DNA of 24,000 nt from contig NZ_NQVN01000002.1 of the NCBI RefSeq assembly GCF_002770725.1, positions 64,622 to 88,621 on the forward strand, given 5' to 3'. Positions 1 to 13,093 of this stretch are shown here, piece after piece (positions within the stretch are counted from its first letter, which is position 1; each line of letters begins with the position of its first letter). The notes beneath the pieces were generated by a model. The model searched no databases, was not told where the DNA came from, and worked only from the letters and a program-made list of their open reading frames with translations. The position numbers and the translations under genes are program-made. The stretch is from Pleomorphomonas carboxyditropha (GTDB lineage: Bacteria > Pseudomonadota > Alphaproteobacteria > Rhizobiales > Pleomorphomonadaceae).

Positions 1-302
1 ACCTGATGCGTTCCTTCAACGCCTCGCGGACGACGATCTTCACCAAATTGGTGGTTCCCGCCTCGATGACCTGGGTGGTCTCCGGCCTGAAGCTCAACGT
101 CGGCTTCGCGCTCGTCGGCGCCATCGTCGCCGAATACATCTCCTCCGAGGCCGGCGTCGGCCACATGATCCTGCTCGGCTCCTCCAACTTCGGAATGAAC
201 ATCGTCCTCGCCGGCGTCGCGCTGGTGATGGTGATGATGCTGGTCTTCAACGCGCTCGTCTCTCTCCTCGAGCGGGCCATCCTGTCTTGGGAAAGGAAAT
301 GA
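1..302 (+). CDS. ABC transporter permease, C-terminal fragment (NitT/TauT-type); the 5' end lies outside the window
   Basis: The frame is open from base 3. The C-terminal hydrophobic segments (NIVLAGVALVMVMMLVFNALV) resemble the last helices of nitrate/sulfonate/taurine-type permeases. The stop at 300-302 sits 1 nt before the next start, which indicates operon packing. Confidence 0.8.
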   Translation, partial: LMRSFNASRTTIFTKLVVPASMTWVVSGLKLNVGFALVGAIVAEYISSEAGVGHMILLGSSNFGMNIVLAGVALVMVMMLVFNALVSLLERAILSWERK

Positions 303-303
303 C

Positions 304-1326
304 ATGACCGTTCTGCAGCAGACGAACAAGCTTCTCGCCGGCATCGCCCTGGCGGCGGGCCTCATCTCGTCCGGCATCCTGCCGGCCAGCGCCGAAACCG
401 AGGTGCGTATCAACCAGGCCTTCCAGTCGCTGCTTTACCTGCCGCTCTACGTTGCGCAGGAAAAAGGCTATTTCGCCGATGAAGGCCTCAAGGTCACCAT
501 CTCCACCGGCGGCGGCGGTGCCCAGTCCTGGGCGGCCGTGATCGGCGGCTCGGCCGACTTCTCGATCCAGGACCCGGTGTTCGTGCCCAAGACGCGCGAG
601 AATGGCGGCGACGGCGTCGTGGTGGCGGCGATCCAGAACGCCCCGACCGTGTTCATCATCGGCAAGGACGGCACCCCGTTGCAGGACAACCTCGCCCATC
701 TGTCCGGCAAGCGCGTCATCGTCAGCCCGCAGCCCGACACCACCTGGGCGTTCATGAGCTATCTCGTCAAGCAGCAGACGCTTGAGAACGTGAAGCTGGT
801 CAATGTCTCCATCGGCAACGAGGTGCCGGCCATCGTCTCCGACCGCGCCGACTACGCGCTTGCCGTCGAGCCGCAGGTTACCCAGTCGATCCGCCAGAAC
901 GGCCTGTCGTCGGTCTATTCCTTCTCGGCCAACAAGGACTGGTTCCCCTTCGCCTTCTCCAGTCTCACCACCACCAAGGACTACATCAGCAAGAATCCCG
1001 AGGTGGCGCAGGGCGTCATCACCGCCTTCGAGATGGCCTCGCGCTACATCTACAAGGATTTCGACGGCACGGTGGAGATCGCGGCCAAATACTTCCCCAA
1101 CCTGCCCAAGGAGATCGTCGCCGAAGCAGTCAAGCGCGAGATCGACGCCAAGGGCTATCCCGAAAACGTGCTCGTCACCAAGACTTCGTGGGACAACAAC
1201 CTCAATATCGCCCTCTACGCCAAGAACGTGAAAGCCTATCCCTCCGAGGCGACCTCCTACGAGAACAACGTCAACGTCGAGCTGGCCACCAAGGCCAAGG
1301 ACATCGCCGACGCCAAGTTCAAGTGA
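304..1326 (+). CDS. ABC transporter periplasmic substrate-binding protein (NMT1/THI5-like, NitT/TauT family)
   Basis: There is an N-terminal signal peptide (LLAGIALAAGLISSGILPASA|ETE). The SBP-like body carries YLPLYVAQEKGYFADEGL, as in SsuA/TauA/NMT1-type binders. GC3 is high in this frame, and the gene directly follows the permease. Confidence 0.85.
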   Translation: MTVLQQTNKLLAGIALAAGLISSGILPASAETEVRINQAFQSLLYLPLYVAQEKGYFADEGLKVTISTGGGGAQSWAAVIGGSADFSIQDPVFVPKTRENGGDGVVVAAIQNAPTVFIIGKDGTPLQDNLAHLSGKRVIVSPQPDTTWAFMSYLVKQQTLENVKLVNVSIGNEVPAIVSDRADYALAVEPQVTQSIRQNGLSSVYSFSANKDWFPFAFSSLTTTKDYISKNPEVAQGVITAFEMASRYIYKDFDGTVEIAAKYFPNLPKEIVAEAVKREIDAKGYPENVLVTKTSWDNNLNIALYAKNVKAYPSEATSYENNVNVELATKAKDIADAKFK

Positions 1327-1399
1327 GCGGCCGGCCGGCTGCCGCCAACCGCCGGCGGCCGGCCCGTCCGACACGACCCGCCTCAGGAGTTGAGCCAGC

Positions 1400-1600
1400 A
1401 TGCCGCTTTCGCTTGCCGCCCGCCTGGAAATGATCGGTCCGCTTTCCGACGAGCATCGCGGTGCCCTCGCGGCGACGCTCGCCGAATGGGCCGAGCGGGG
1501 CGAGCGGGTGACTGCCTTCGGGCGCGCCCGCATCGCCGCCGACGTATCGCCGATCACCGCCTTCGTCTCCTCGGAAAGCCGGCCGACGGCTTCGCGCTGA
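1400..1600 (+). CDS. Small GatC/AtzG-like (DUF4089-like) protein, putative accessory subunit of the downstream amidase
   Basis: This is a 66-aa ORF with strongly GC-biased third codon positions. AGGAG lies 10 nt upstream of the ATG. The sequence LAARLEMIGPLSDEHRGALAATLAEW....VSPITAFV follows the GatC pattern (L..L.LSDEE..L...L ... V.P). It sits immediately 5' of an amidase-signature gene, as in AtzG-AtzE pairs. I could not run a homology search. Confidence 0.55.
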   Translation: MPLSLAARLEMIGPLSDEHRGALAATLAEWAERGERVTAFGRARIAADVSPITAFVSSESRPTASR

Positions 1601-1679
1601 TCCCCGGTTCCAGGCCCGTGCCCTCCGCCCGCCGTACGAATTTTCGGGCGGATGCTCCAGACCAGCTTCGGGAAATCTC

Positions 1680-3098
1680 ATGACTGTCCACACCGGCGCG
1701 CCAGAGTTCTCCATCATCACGGCGGCCAGCGGCCTCAGGGCCGGTGCCGTCTCCGTTCCCGATCTCGTGGAGCAATCGCTGGCGCAGGCCGACGCCATCG
1801 CCGATCTTGCGGCCTTCACCGAGATCTACGCCGACCATGCCAAGGCGCTCGCCCGCGCTCACCAGGCACTGATCGCCAACGGCTGCGATCTTGGGCCGCT
1901 GCACGGCATCCCGGTCGCCGTCAAGGCCAACGTCGCCGTCGCCGGCAAGCGTATGACCGCTGGCAGCAAGCTGCTTGCCGATCGGATCGCCGATACCGAT
2001 GCCGACGCGACGCAGGCGCTGAAACGACAGGGCGCCATCATCATCGGCGCGACCAACATGCACGAATTCGCCTGGGGCGGCACCACCGCCAACCCGCATT
2101 TCGGCCAGTGCCGCAATCCCTGGGACCGTAACCGCATTCCCGCCGGCTCGAGCGGCGGATCGGGCGCCGCCGTCGCCGCCCGCGCGGTCTTTGCCGCTCT
2201 CGGCACGGATACTGGCGGCTCCATCCGTCTGCCGGCGTCGATGAATGGCCTCACCGGGCTTCGGCCGGGCGTCGGCCGCCTGTCGACGGGCGGCATCTTT
2301 CCGCTCGCCTGGAGCATGGATACCGTCGGCCCCATCGCCCCGAGCGCCGCCGATTGCGCCATCGTCCACGCTGCCCTCTGCGGCGAGAGCGTACCGGCCG
2401 GCTTTGCCGCCGCCGGCCGGCCGGCCTCGCTATCCGGAAAGCGCATCGCCGTGCCCACCCCCTATGCCTTCGCGGCGTTGCAAACGGACGTCGAGACCAC
2501 CTTTCGCGACGCGCTCCGCCAGTTCGAAGCGCTCGGCGCCGTCGTGGATCCCGTTTCCCTCGCCGATCTCGACATTGCCGTCGACGCGCAGGTGATCGTC
2601 GATGCCGCCGAGCCGAGCGCCATCCACGCCGACTGGGTGCGGACGCGGCCGGAGGACTACGGCGACGACGTCCGCATCCTGCTTGAGGCCGGCCTTGCCT
2701 TTACCGCCGAGGAGTACATTCAGGCCCAGCGCTACCGCACGCTGCTCAGGCGGCAGTTCGAGCGGATCTTCATCGATCACGACTTGGTGCTGACGCCGAC
2801 GCTGCCCTTTACCGCTCCGTTGATCGGTCAGGCGACCGTGATGCTCGGCGGCCGCGAGGAAAGCACGCTTACCGGCAACATGCGCTTCACCTGCCTTGCC
2901 AGCCTGGCCGCCTTGCCCGCGGCGAGTTTCCCGATCGGCTTCGATACGGCCGGCCTGCCGGTCGGCGGCCAATTGATCGGCCCCCACGACAGCGAGATGG
3001 CGATCCTCGCCGCTGTGCACGCCTTCCAGGGCGCGTCGGACCACCATCTCCGGCGGCCGTCGGCCGGTCAGTCGCTGACCTCGGCAACAACGGGTTAG
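1680..3098 (+). CDS. Amidase-signature (AS) family amidase (GatA/AtzE-like)
   Basis: It carries the AS motifs: the catalytic Lys context GIPVAVKANV, plus GSSGGSGAAVAA and GTDTGGSIRLPAS (Ser-cisSer-Lys triad context). At 472 aa it has the typical length. Confidence 0.92.
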   Translation: MTVHTGAPEFSIITAASGLRAGAVSVPDLVEQSLAQADAIADLAAFTEIYADHAKALARAHQALIANGCDLGPLHGIPVAVKANVAVAGKRMTAGSKLLADRIADTDADATQALKRQGAIIIGATNMHEFAWGGTTANPHFGQCRNPWDRNRIPAGSSGGSGAAVAARAVFAALGTDTGGSIRLPASMNGLTGLRPGVGRLSTGGIFPLAWSMDTVGPIAPSAADCAIVHAALCGESVPAGFAAAGRPASLSGKRIAVPTPYAFAALQTDVETTFRDALRQFEALGAVVDPVSLADLDIAVDAQVIVDAAEPSAIHADWVRTRPEDYGDDVRILLEAGLAFTAEEYIQAQRYRTLLRRQFERIFIDHDLVLTPTLPFTAPLIGQATVMLGGREESTLTGNMRFTCLASLAALPAASFPIGFDTAGLPVGGQLIGPHDSEMAILAAVHAFQGASDHHLRRPSAGQSLTSATTG

Positions 3099-3237
3099 TC
3101 GAGGGTAGGTAAAGTATCGCGTCAATCAGTAACCTTTGGACCGAGAATGGTTGCCGCGCCAACCGGGATGACCGTAGGCGCAGAGTGCGGTTGGTATCAA
3201 TTCCGCACCACCGTGAGTTCAATCTTTTCCTTGCGTC

Positions 3238-5784
3238 TCACGCGCTTGCGCCCGTCAACGCGCGGACCTCCTCAGCGCCCTGCGCCTGCACTGCCCGTTC
3301 GGCCAGCGCCTGGCACTGGTTGACGGTGAAAGCAGCGAGCGCCGCCTTGATCTCCGGGATGGCGGCTGGAGCGGCAGAAAGCTCGCGCACGCCGAGGCCA
3401 ACCAGGATCGGCGCCGCCGACGGATCGGAGGCCGCCCCTCCACAGACCGCCACGACACGGCCATGCGCGCCGGCGCCTTCGCAGGCGAGCCGGATAAGAC
3501 CGAGGACTCCGGGATGCAGCGCGTCCACGCCCGCCGCCACGGCCGGATTGCCCCGGTCCATGGCCAGCGCGTATTGCGTCAGGTCGTTGGTGCCGATCGA
3601 GAAGAAGTCGCAGACCTCCGCCAGTTGTCGGGCTGCCACCGCCGCCGCCGGAATCTCGATCATCGCCCCCAACTGGATGGGCTCGACGCGGCCGAGCCGC
3701 AGCCGTTCCTCCTCTACCATCGTCCGAACGGTGATCATCTCCGTGACGGAGGCGACCATCGGCACCATGATGCGCGCCACGCCGTAGGGCTTTACGCGCA
3801 GGATGGCGCGCAACTGGGTCCTGAGAAGCTCCGGTCGGATCAGTCCGACGCGGATGCCGCGCAACCCGAGGAACGGGTTCTCCTCCTTCGGCAGCGGCAG
3901 GTAGGACAACGGTTTGTCGCCGCCGACGTCGAGCGTGCGGATGATCAGCGGCCGCCCGCCGAGTTCGTCGGCGATGGCTTGGTATTGAGCCAGTTGCTCG
4001 TCCTCGGACGGCGCGCTCGTCCGATCGAGGAACAGGAATTCCGAGCGCAGCAGGCCGCAGCCTTCCGCTCCTTCCGCAACAGCCAGCGCTCCCTCGCCGA
4101 CGCGGCCGAGATTGGCGAACACCTCCACCCGCGTGCCGTCGGCGAGACGGCATTCGGCCTGAGCGTTGGCACGCTGCGACGCCTTGCGCCCGGCATCGCC
4201 GGCGATGCGGCTCCGCGCGGCCGCGAGCTCGGCTTCGGTCGGATAGACCGTCACGGTACCCAGCCCAGCATCAACGATGACTTCGGCGCCGTCGGGAATG
4301 CGGTCGGCCTCCGGGCCGAGTGCAACGATGGTGGGAATCCCAAGGCCAGCGGCGATGATGGCCGCATGAGACGTGGGGCCGCCGTCGCGCATCAGGATGG
4401 CGCCGATATGACCGGGGGTGAGGCCGGTGGTCTCGGAAGGCAGGATCTCGTCGGAGAGCACGAGCGAACCGGCGGGTAGATCGGCGAGGCCGGAAACAGC
4501 GTCACGGCCAGCCAGCGCGGCGACGACCTGGCCGGCAACATCGCGCATGTCGGCCGCACGTTCGGCCATGCGCGCATCGGCGAGACCTGCCAGCATGTCG
4601 GCCTGAGCCAGGCAGGCGGCGTTCCATGCCCATTCGGCAGAGCGTCCGGCGGCGATGTCCGCCTCGGCAGCCTCGACGAGAGCCGGGTCGTCGACAATCT
4701 CGCGATGGGCGGCGGCAACGGCCGCACGCGGCCCTTCGGTTTCTTCCGAAAGACGGGTCAGCACCCGGGCGCGGGCGGCAGCCAGACGATCGCGCTCGAT
4801 GCTGATCCCAGTACCGTCGCGCGGCAGATTGCGCGCATCATGATACCGGCGCACGATCCGACCAGCGGCGAGGCCGGCAACTGCCGAGCGGCCACGCACG
4901 GCAACGGCAGTCCCCGGCCGAAACGGCTTCACCGGTGCATCGCCCGAAGTTCTAGCCGCCAGGGCCGCCACATCCGCTTCCGGTGCCGGACCGTCGGCGA
5001 TCGGATCGCCGAGCCCCGAAAGGACGAGGTCAAGAAGCGTGTCGACGGTTGCGTCGGCACCAGGTCCTTCGACGCGAACATTGAGAATATCGCCGAAGCG
5101 GGTTCCGATACCCATCAGCGCAACGACGCTCTTGCCGTTGGCGGTCTTGCCGTTGGCGGTGACATGGACCGCACCGGCGTGGGCCTTGGCGGCGTTGGCG
5201 AACTGGGCGGCGGGGCGGGCGTGAAGACCGTGCGCGATCTTGAGCGGCAAAGAGAATTCGGCGGCCTCTGAGCTGTTGGCCGATGTCCCAACCGTATCAC
5301 CTACGGCTGCCACGGTCATGATCGGATCGCCAAACCCGACCGGGCGATCGGTAACCACCGATGCGACCCCGAAAGCCTCGCCGTTCGCCACCACCATCAT
5401 GGACACCATGGAAGCCACCTTTGGCCTCATGGCGGCGAGGTCGAAATCAATCAGCCGTTCGCCCGTTGCGACATGCTGGCCCTCGCGAACCAGAGGCGTG
5501 AAGCCGGCGCCACCGAGATTGACCGTATCGACGCCGATGTGGAGGAGGATCTCGGCGCCGGTATCGCTCCGGATGGTCAGCGCGTGGCCGCTCGCCTGCA
5601 ACGAGGCGACGATCCCGGCGCAGGGCGCGCGTAGTTCGCCGACTTCGGGATCGATGGCGAGTCCGTCACCGATGAGGCCACCGGCAAAGACCGGATCGGG
5701 CGAGGCGGTCAGCGGCAGCGCGCGACCGGCGAAGGGGGAGAACAACTGCAATACGGACACGTCGAGAACCTCTGGGACTTGCAA
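3238..5784 (-). CDS. PTS multiphosphoryl transfer protein: EIIA(Glc-family)-HPr-Enzyme I fusion
   Basis: Three domains are readable. EIIA-Glc carries GHALTI and LHIGVDTV (compare E. coli Crr HAFSI/VHFGIDTV). HPr carries IAHGLHARPAAQF. EI carries GGPTSHAAIIAAGLGIP and the C-terminal SIGTNDLTQY. The track start at 5784 is a TTG. An in-frame GTG at 5760, preceded by AGAGG at 8 nt, is an equally good start. Confidence 0.93.
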   Translation of the reverse strand: MQVPEVLDVSVLQLFSPFAGRALPLTASPDPVFAGGLIGDGLAIDPEVGELRAPCAGIVASLQASGHALTIRSDTGAEILLHIGVDTVNLGGAGFTPLVREGQHVATGERLIDFDLAAMRPKVASMVSMMVVANGEAFGVASVVTDRPVGFGDPIMTVAAVGDTVGTSANSSEAAEFSLPLKIAHGLHARPAAQFANAAKAHAGAVHVTANGKTANGKSVVALMGIGTRFGDILNVRVEGPGADATVDTLLDLVLSGLGDPIADGPAPEADVAALAARTSGDAPVKPFRPGTAVAVRGRSAVAGLAAGRIVRRYHDARNLPRDGTGISIERDRLAAARARVLTRLSEETEGPRAAVAAAHREIVDDPALVEAAEADIAAGRSAEWAWNAACLAQADMLAGLADARMAERAADMRDVAGQVVAALAGRDAVSGLADLPAGSLVLSDEILPSETTGLTPGHIGAILMRDGGPTSHAAIIAAGLGIPTIVALGPEADRIPDGAEVIVDAGLGTVTVYPTEAELAAARSRIAGDAGRKASQRANAQAECRLADGTRVEVFANLGRVGEGALAVAEGAEGCGLLRSEFLFLDRTSAPSEDEQLAQYQAIADELGGRPLIIRTLDVGGDKPLSYLPLPKEENPFLGLRGIRVGLIRPELLRTQLRAILRVKPYGVARIMVPMVASVTEMITVRTMVEEERLRLGRVEPIQLGAMIEIPAAAVAARQLAEVCDFFSIGTNDLTQYALAMDRGNPAVAAGVDALHPGVLGLIRLACEGAGAHGRVVAVCGGAASDPSAAPILVGLGVRELSAAPAAIPEIKAALAAFTVNQCQALAERAVQAQGAEEVRALTGASA

Positions 5785-5847
5785 CCATAACGCGGCAGTC
5801 AGACCACGCGGAAGGGGCCCATCCGGATGTGGAAGGGCGTCTGCGCC

Positions 5848-7449
<1,602 letters not shown>

Positions 7450-7528
7450 TTATGTAAGTAGTATGACGTATTTCCCATGGATGATATCGGGCAAATCCTG
7501 ATCGCCTTTAGTCTGATGTCGAACGGTA

Positions 7529-7557
7529 TTGCCAACCGACCCGAGGCCGGCTAACAA
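7529..7557 (+). promoter_or_regulatory. Putative sigma70-type promoter for the bglG-bglF-GH1 operon
   Basis: TTGCCA (7529-7534), a 17-nt spacer, then TAACAA (7552-7557). The implied transcription start is a few nt before RAT1 at 7567. This is a motif-only call. Confidence 0.3.
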
Positions 7558-7566
7558 GACGGAGAT

Positions 7567-7598
7567 GGATTGTGACCGCTTCGGCGGGCAAAACCTGA
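7567..7598 (+). promoter_or_regulatory. RAT (ribonucleic antiterminator) element, BglG/LicT-family binding target (RAT1)
   Basis: GGATTGTGACCGCTTCGGCGGGCAAAACCTGA is a near-consensus RAT. The upper stem is CCGC-UUCG-GCGG, and the lower stem pairs GGATTG with CAAAACC. It lies 180 nt upstream of bglG. Confidence 0.9.
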
Positions 7599-7632
7599 GT
7601 CTGGCCAACTGGCCGGGGTCAGGTTTTTTTTT
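7592..7632 (+). terminator. Intrinsic terminator overlapping RAT1 (attenuator of the bglG operon)
   Basis: AACCTGAGTCTGGCC-AACT-GGCCGGGGTCAGGTT is followed by 9 T (7624-7632). The 5' arm of the hairpin is the 3' half of the RAT, so the two structures are mutually exclusive. Confidence 0.9.
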
Positions 7633-7778
7633 GTCTTGTACGTTCCGGCAGCCGGTTTGGTGGGACCGTGCTGCGCGATCGAGGGAGAGAAAGTCGGTCG
7701 AAAACCATCCTCGAATGCCGTCATGTCCTGGCGAAGACCAGGACATGACGGCGGAAAACGCCTGGGAGGGTGAGCCCC

Positions 7779-8639
7779 ATGAAGGTGGTCAAGGTGTTCA
7801 ACAACAACGTGGCGCTGGTGCTCGACGAAAAGGGGCGCGAGGTCGTTGTCCAGGGGCGCGGCATCGCCTTCAACGCCAATGCCACCGGCCGCATCGATGC
7901 GGCGCTGGTCGACCGCAGGTTCATCCCCCAACCCTCCGACACGCCGGAGGAGTTCGCCGAAATGGTTGCCAGCATCCCGCAGGACCATATCGCCGTCGCT
8001 GAGGAAATCCTGTCGCTGGGCTCCGGGTTCGGGCTGGATTTGGACAAGCGCGTGCTCGTCGCCCTCGCCGACCACATCTCCATCGCGATCAAGCGTCACG
8101 CCTTGGGACAGACTTTCGACAATCCCCTCGAATGGGAAGTTCGGCTCCTTTACGTGCGGGAGGTCAACCTCGGCTCGCAAGGACTGGATCTTATCGAAAA
8201 ACGCACCGGTGTCCGGCTGCCGGCGGCGGAGATCGTGCCGTTGGCGCTCCACTTCGTCAATGCGCAGATTGGCGCCGACCAGATGGCCGAGGCCATGCGG
8301 ACCGTCCAGTTGATCCGCGAGATTCTGGCGATCATCAAGGCCGAATATGGTCTGGCTGACGATGCGATGACATCGCTCGGCTGTGCCCGTTTTGCGACGC
8401 ACCTGCGCTACCTTTTCCTCAGCCACCTGAGCGGCGGGCGACATGCGCCGCTCATCGCCGAACTTGCGAAATCGATCCGCGAGCAAGAACCGCATGCCTA
8501 CGCATGTGCGGAGCGGGTCACCCGCCACCTCACGCAGAAGATGGGATGGAGCATCAACGATGATGAGATCGTCTACATAGCGCTGCACATCCAGCGCATG
8601 ACCTACCAGCCGGAGGATCCGCGGCCGCAAACGGCCTGA
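7779..8639 (+). CDS. bglG: BglG/LicT/SacY-family transcriptional antiterminator (CAT RNA-binding domain plus two PRDs)
   Basis: The N-terminus MKVVKVFNNNVALVLDEKGREVVVQGRGIAFN matches the CAT domain of LicT/BglG. Two PRD-like halves carry conserved His contexts (LALHFVNAQ, IALHIQRM). The ATG at 7779 has GGGAGGG 8 nt upstream, whereas the track start at 7770 is a GTG. Confidence 0.92.
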   Translation: MKVVKVFNNNVALVLDEKGREVVVQGRGIAFNANATGRIDAALVDRRFIPQPSDTPEEFAEMVASIPQDHIAVAEEILSLGSGFGLDLDKRVLVALADHISIAIKRHALGQTFDNPLEWEVRLLYVREVNLGSQGLDLIEKRTGVRLPAAEIVPLALHFVNAQIGADQMAEAMRTVQLIREILAIIKAEYGLADDAMTSLGCARFATHLRYLFLSHLSGGRHAPLIAELAKSIREQEPHAYACAERVTRHLTQKMGWSINDDEIVYIALHIQRMTYQPEDPRPQTA

Positions 8640-8685
8640 CGAAATCCGCCCGTCTATTCACGTTACCCTGCCGGTTCGTTCGCCT

Positions 8686-8704
8686 GCGCCATCGTCGATG
8701 GCGC
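8686..8704 (+). other. Perfect 19-nt palindrome/hairpin in the bglG-bglF spacer, function unknown
   Basis: The palindrome is GCGCCATCG-T-CGATGGCGC, flanked by CGTT (8677-8680) and AACG (8706-8709), which could extend the stem across an internal loop. No U-tract follows. Confidence 0.4.
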
Positions 8705-8748
8705 AAACGGAAAAGTCTTGCCTCGGCGCATCCAAACGGCAGCCCTGA

Positions 8749-11733
<2,985 letters not shown>

Positions 11734-11783
11734 GAATTTCCAAAATATAGTTTGAGTGCCACTAAAGGCAACAATCAATTATT

Positions 11784-11810
11784 GGCGACGTCAGTGTAGC
11801 TGGCGTCGCC
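11784..11810. terminator. Candidate bidirectional stem-loop between convergent GH1 copy 2 and the ugp-like ATPase gene
   Basis: GGCGACGTCAG-tgtag-CTGGCGTCGCC forms an 11-bp stem with 1 G-U pair. An A/T-rich tract (caatcaattatt) lies on the 5' side, which supplies a U-rich tail on the minus-strand reading. There is no U-run on the plus side. Confidence 0.4.
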
Positions 11811-12052
11811 CATATGGTCGGTCGTCTTCCGGCGCGAGAAGTGGCGCGCGCGCTGGGCCCGCTGCCGCAAAGCTCCGCCGTGCCGGACGGAACAGCCGTT
11901 GCCGATCTCTTGGGGCGAGGACGCTATCCGTCGGGTGGCGTCGCTGGCGCGTTCGTCGCCGCAACCAAGGACCAGAAATGAACGATTTCGAGTGGATGGC
12001 CGATCCGCATCGCCAATGTTCGACGGACTTTCAGCCGGTTCGCCCCGCCCGG

Positions 12053-13093
12053 TCAGACCTCCATGGCAGCATGCTCCAGCCTGAGACCCGTCCGGCTGTC
12101 GAACACGTGCGCCCGCGACATGTCGCAGCCGAGCCAGACCCTGGCCGGATGGAACGAGAACTCGTGGCGGGGTGCGATGGCGGTGACGCGGCCGGCGTCG
12201 GTTTCGCAGTGCAGTATCAGCTCGGCGCCGTTCATCTCCGACAGCAGCACCTTGGCCGGCAGAGCGAGGCCCGACGGTTCGTCGGCATGGACGCGGATCG
12301 CCTCCGGCCGGAGGCCGATCGTCCGGCCGGGCGGAACGGGCGATGGCGAAAGGCGGTCGAGCGGCAGGAAGTTCATGGCGGGCGTGCCGAGGAAGCCGGC
12401 CACGAACATGTCGGCCGGCGTATCGTAGATCTCGGCCGGCGTGCCGAATTGCAGGAGGTGCCCGTCCTTCAGCACGGCGATGCGGTCGGCCAGCGACAGC
12501 GCCTCGGTCTGGTCGTGGGTGACGTAGACGATGGTGGCGCCGAGCGCGCGGTGCAGTTCCTTGATCTCGGTGCGCATGGCGACGCGCAGTGCGTTGTCGA
12601 GATTGCTGAGCGGTTCGTCCATCAAGAAGGTCGAGGCGTTGCGCGCCATCGCCCGTCCCATCGCCACACGCTGCCGCTGGCCGCCGCTGAGCGCGCCCGG
12701 CTTGCGGTCGAGATAGGCTTCGAGCTGCAGCGTGCGGGCGACGGCCTCGGCGCGGGCGTTGCGCTCGGCCTTCGGCATGCCGCGCAGCTCCAGCCCGAAG
12801 GCGATGTTCTGGCGCACCGTCATGTGGGGGTAGAGCGCGTAGTTCTGGAAGATCATGGCGATGTCGCGGTTCTGCGGCGCCAGATCGTTGGCGCGGCGGC
12901 CGCCGATGACGATCTCGCCCCGGTCGCAGCGCTCGAGGCCGGCGATCAGGCGCAGCAGCGTCGACTTGCCGCAGCCCGACGGCCCGACGACGACCACGAA
13001 CTCGCCGGCCCGGATGTCCAGCGACACGCCGTGCAGCACCTCCGGTCCGCCCGGATAGGCCTTGCGGATATCGTGAAGCGTGATGCCGCTCAT
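12053..13093 (-). CDS. ugpC: ABC transporter ATP-binding protein, MalK/UgpC family
   Basis: Walker A GPSGCGKST, signature LSGGQRQRVAMGRA and Walker B FLMDEPLSNLD are present, along with a MalK-type C-terminal regulatory domain. The real start is the ATG at 13093 (MSGITLHDIRK) with GGGAGAG 6 nt upstream. The track ORF extension to 13534 overlaps the upstream gene out of frame. The ugp assignment rests on the operon context with a GDPD gene. Confidence 0.88.
   Translation of the reverse strand: MSGITLHDIRKAYPGGPEVLHGVSLDIRAGEFVVVVGPSGCGKSTLLRLIAGLERCDRGEIVIGGRRANDLAPQNRDIAMIFQNYALYPHMTVRQNIAFGLELRGMPKAERNARAEAVARTLQLEAYLDRKPGALSGGQRQRVAMGRAMARNASTFLMDEPLSNLDNALRVAMRTEIKELHRALGATIVYVTHDQTEALSLADRIAVLKDGHLLQFGTPAEIYDTPADMFVAGFLGTPAMNFLPLDRLSPSPVPPGRTIGLRPEAIRVHADEPSGLALPAKVLLSEMNGAELILHCETDAGRVTAIAPRHEFSFHPARVWLGCDMSRAHVFDSRTGLRLEHAAMEV

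Noticed and set aside
1329-1364. A GC-rich imperfect hairpin (GGCCGGCCGGC ... GCCGGCGGCCGGCC) after the binding-protein gene, considered as a terminator separating it from the GatC-like/amidase genes.
   Set aside because: The stem needs a bulge, no U-tract follows, and such GCCGGC-rich self-complementarity is common in this composition. At best it is an intercistronic structure, not a supported terminator.
1390-1683. A 97-aa plus-strand ORF overlapping the 66-aa GatC-like ORF in another frame and reaching the amidase start.
   Set aside because: Its product is Arg/Pro/Ala-rich with no motif. The 1400-1600 frame has the better third-position GC bias, a properly spaced AGGAG and a GatC-like pattern.
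3099-3237. Possible tRNA fragment or attachment-site remnant (gagTTCAATCt resembles a T-loop), and a 7-mer ATCAATT shared with the other border of the bgl block (11775-11781).
   Set aside because: No cloverleaf can be drawn, because the T-stem arms do not pair. A 7-nt match between two AT-richer spacers is well within chance. No integrase or direct repeats of convincing length are present. The only structure is a 6-bp GTGCGG/CCGCAC hairpin with a 12-nt loop, which is at most a weak terminator.
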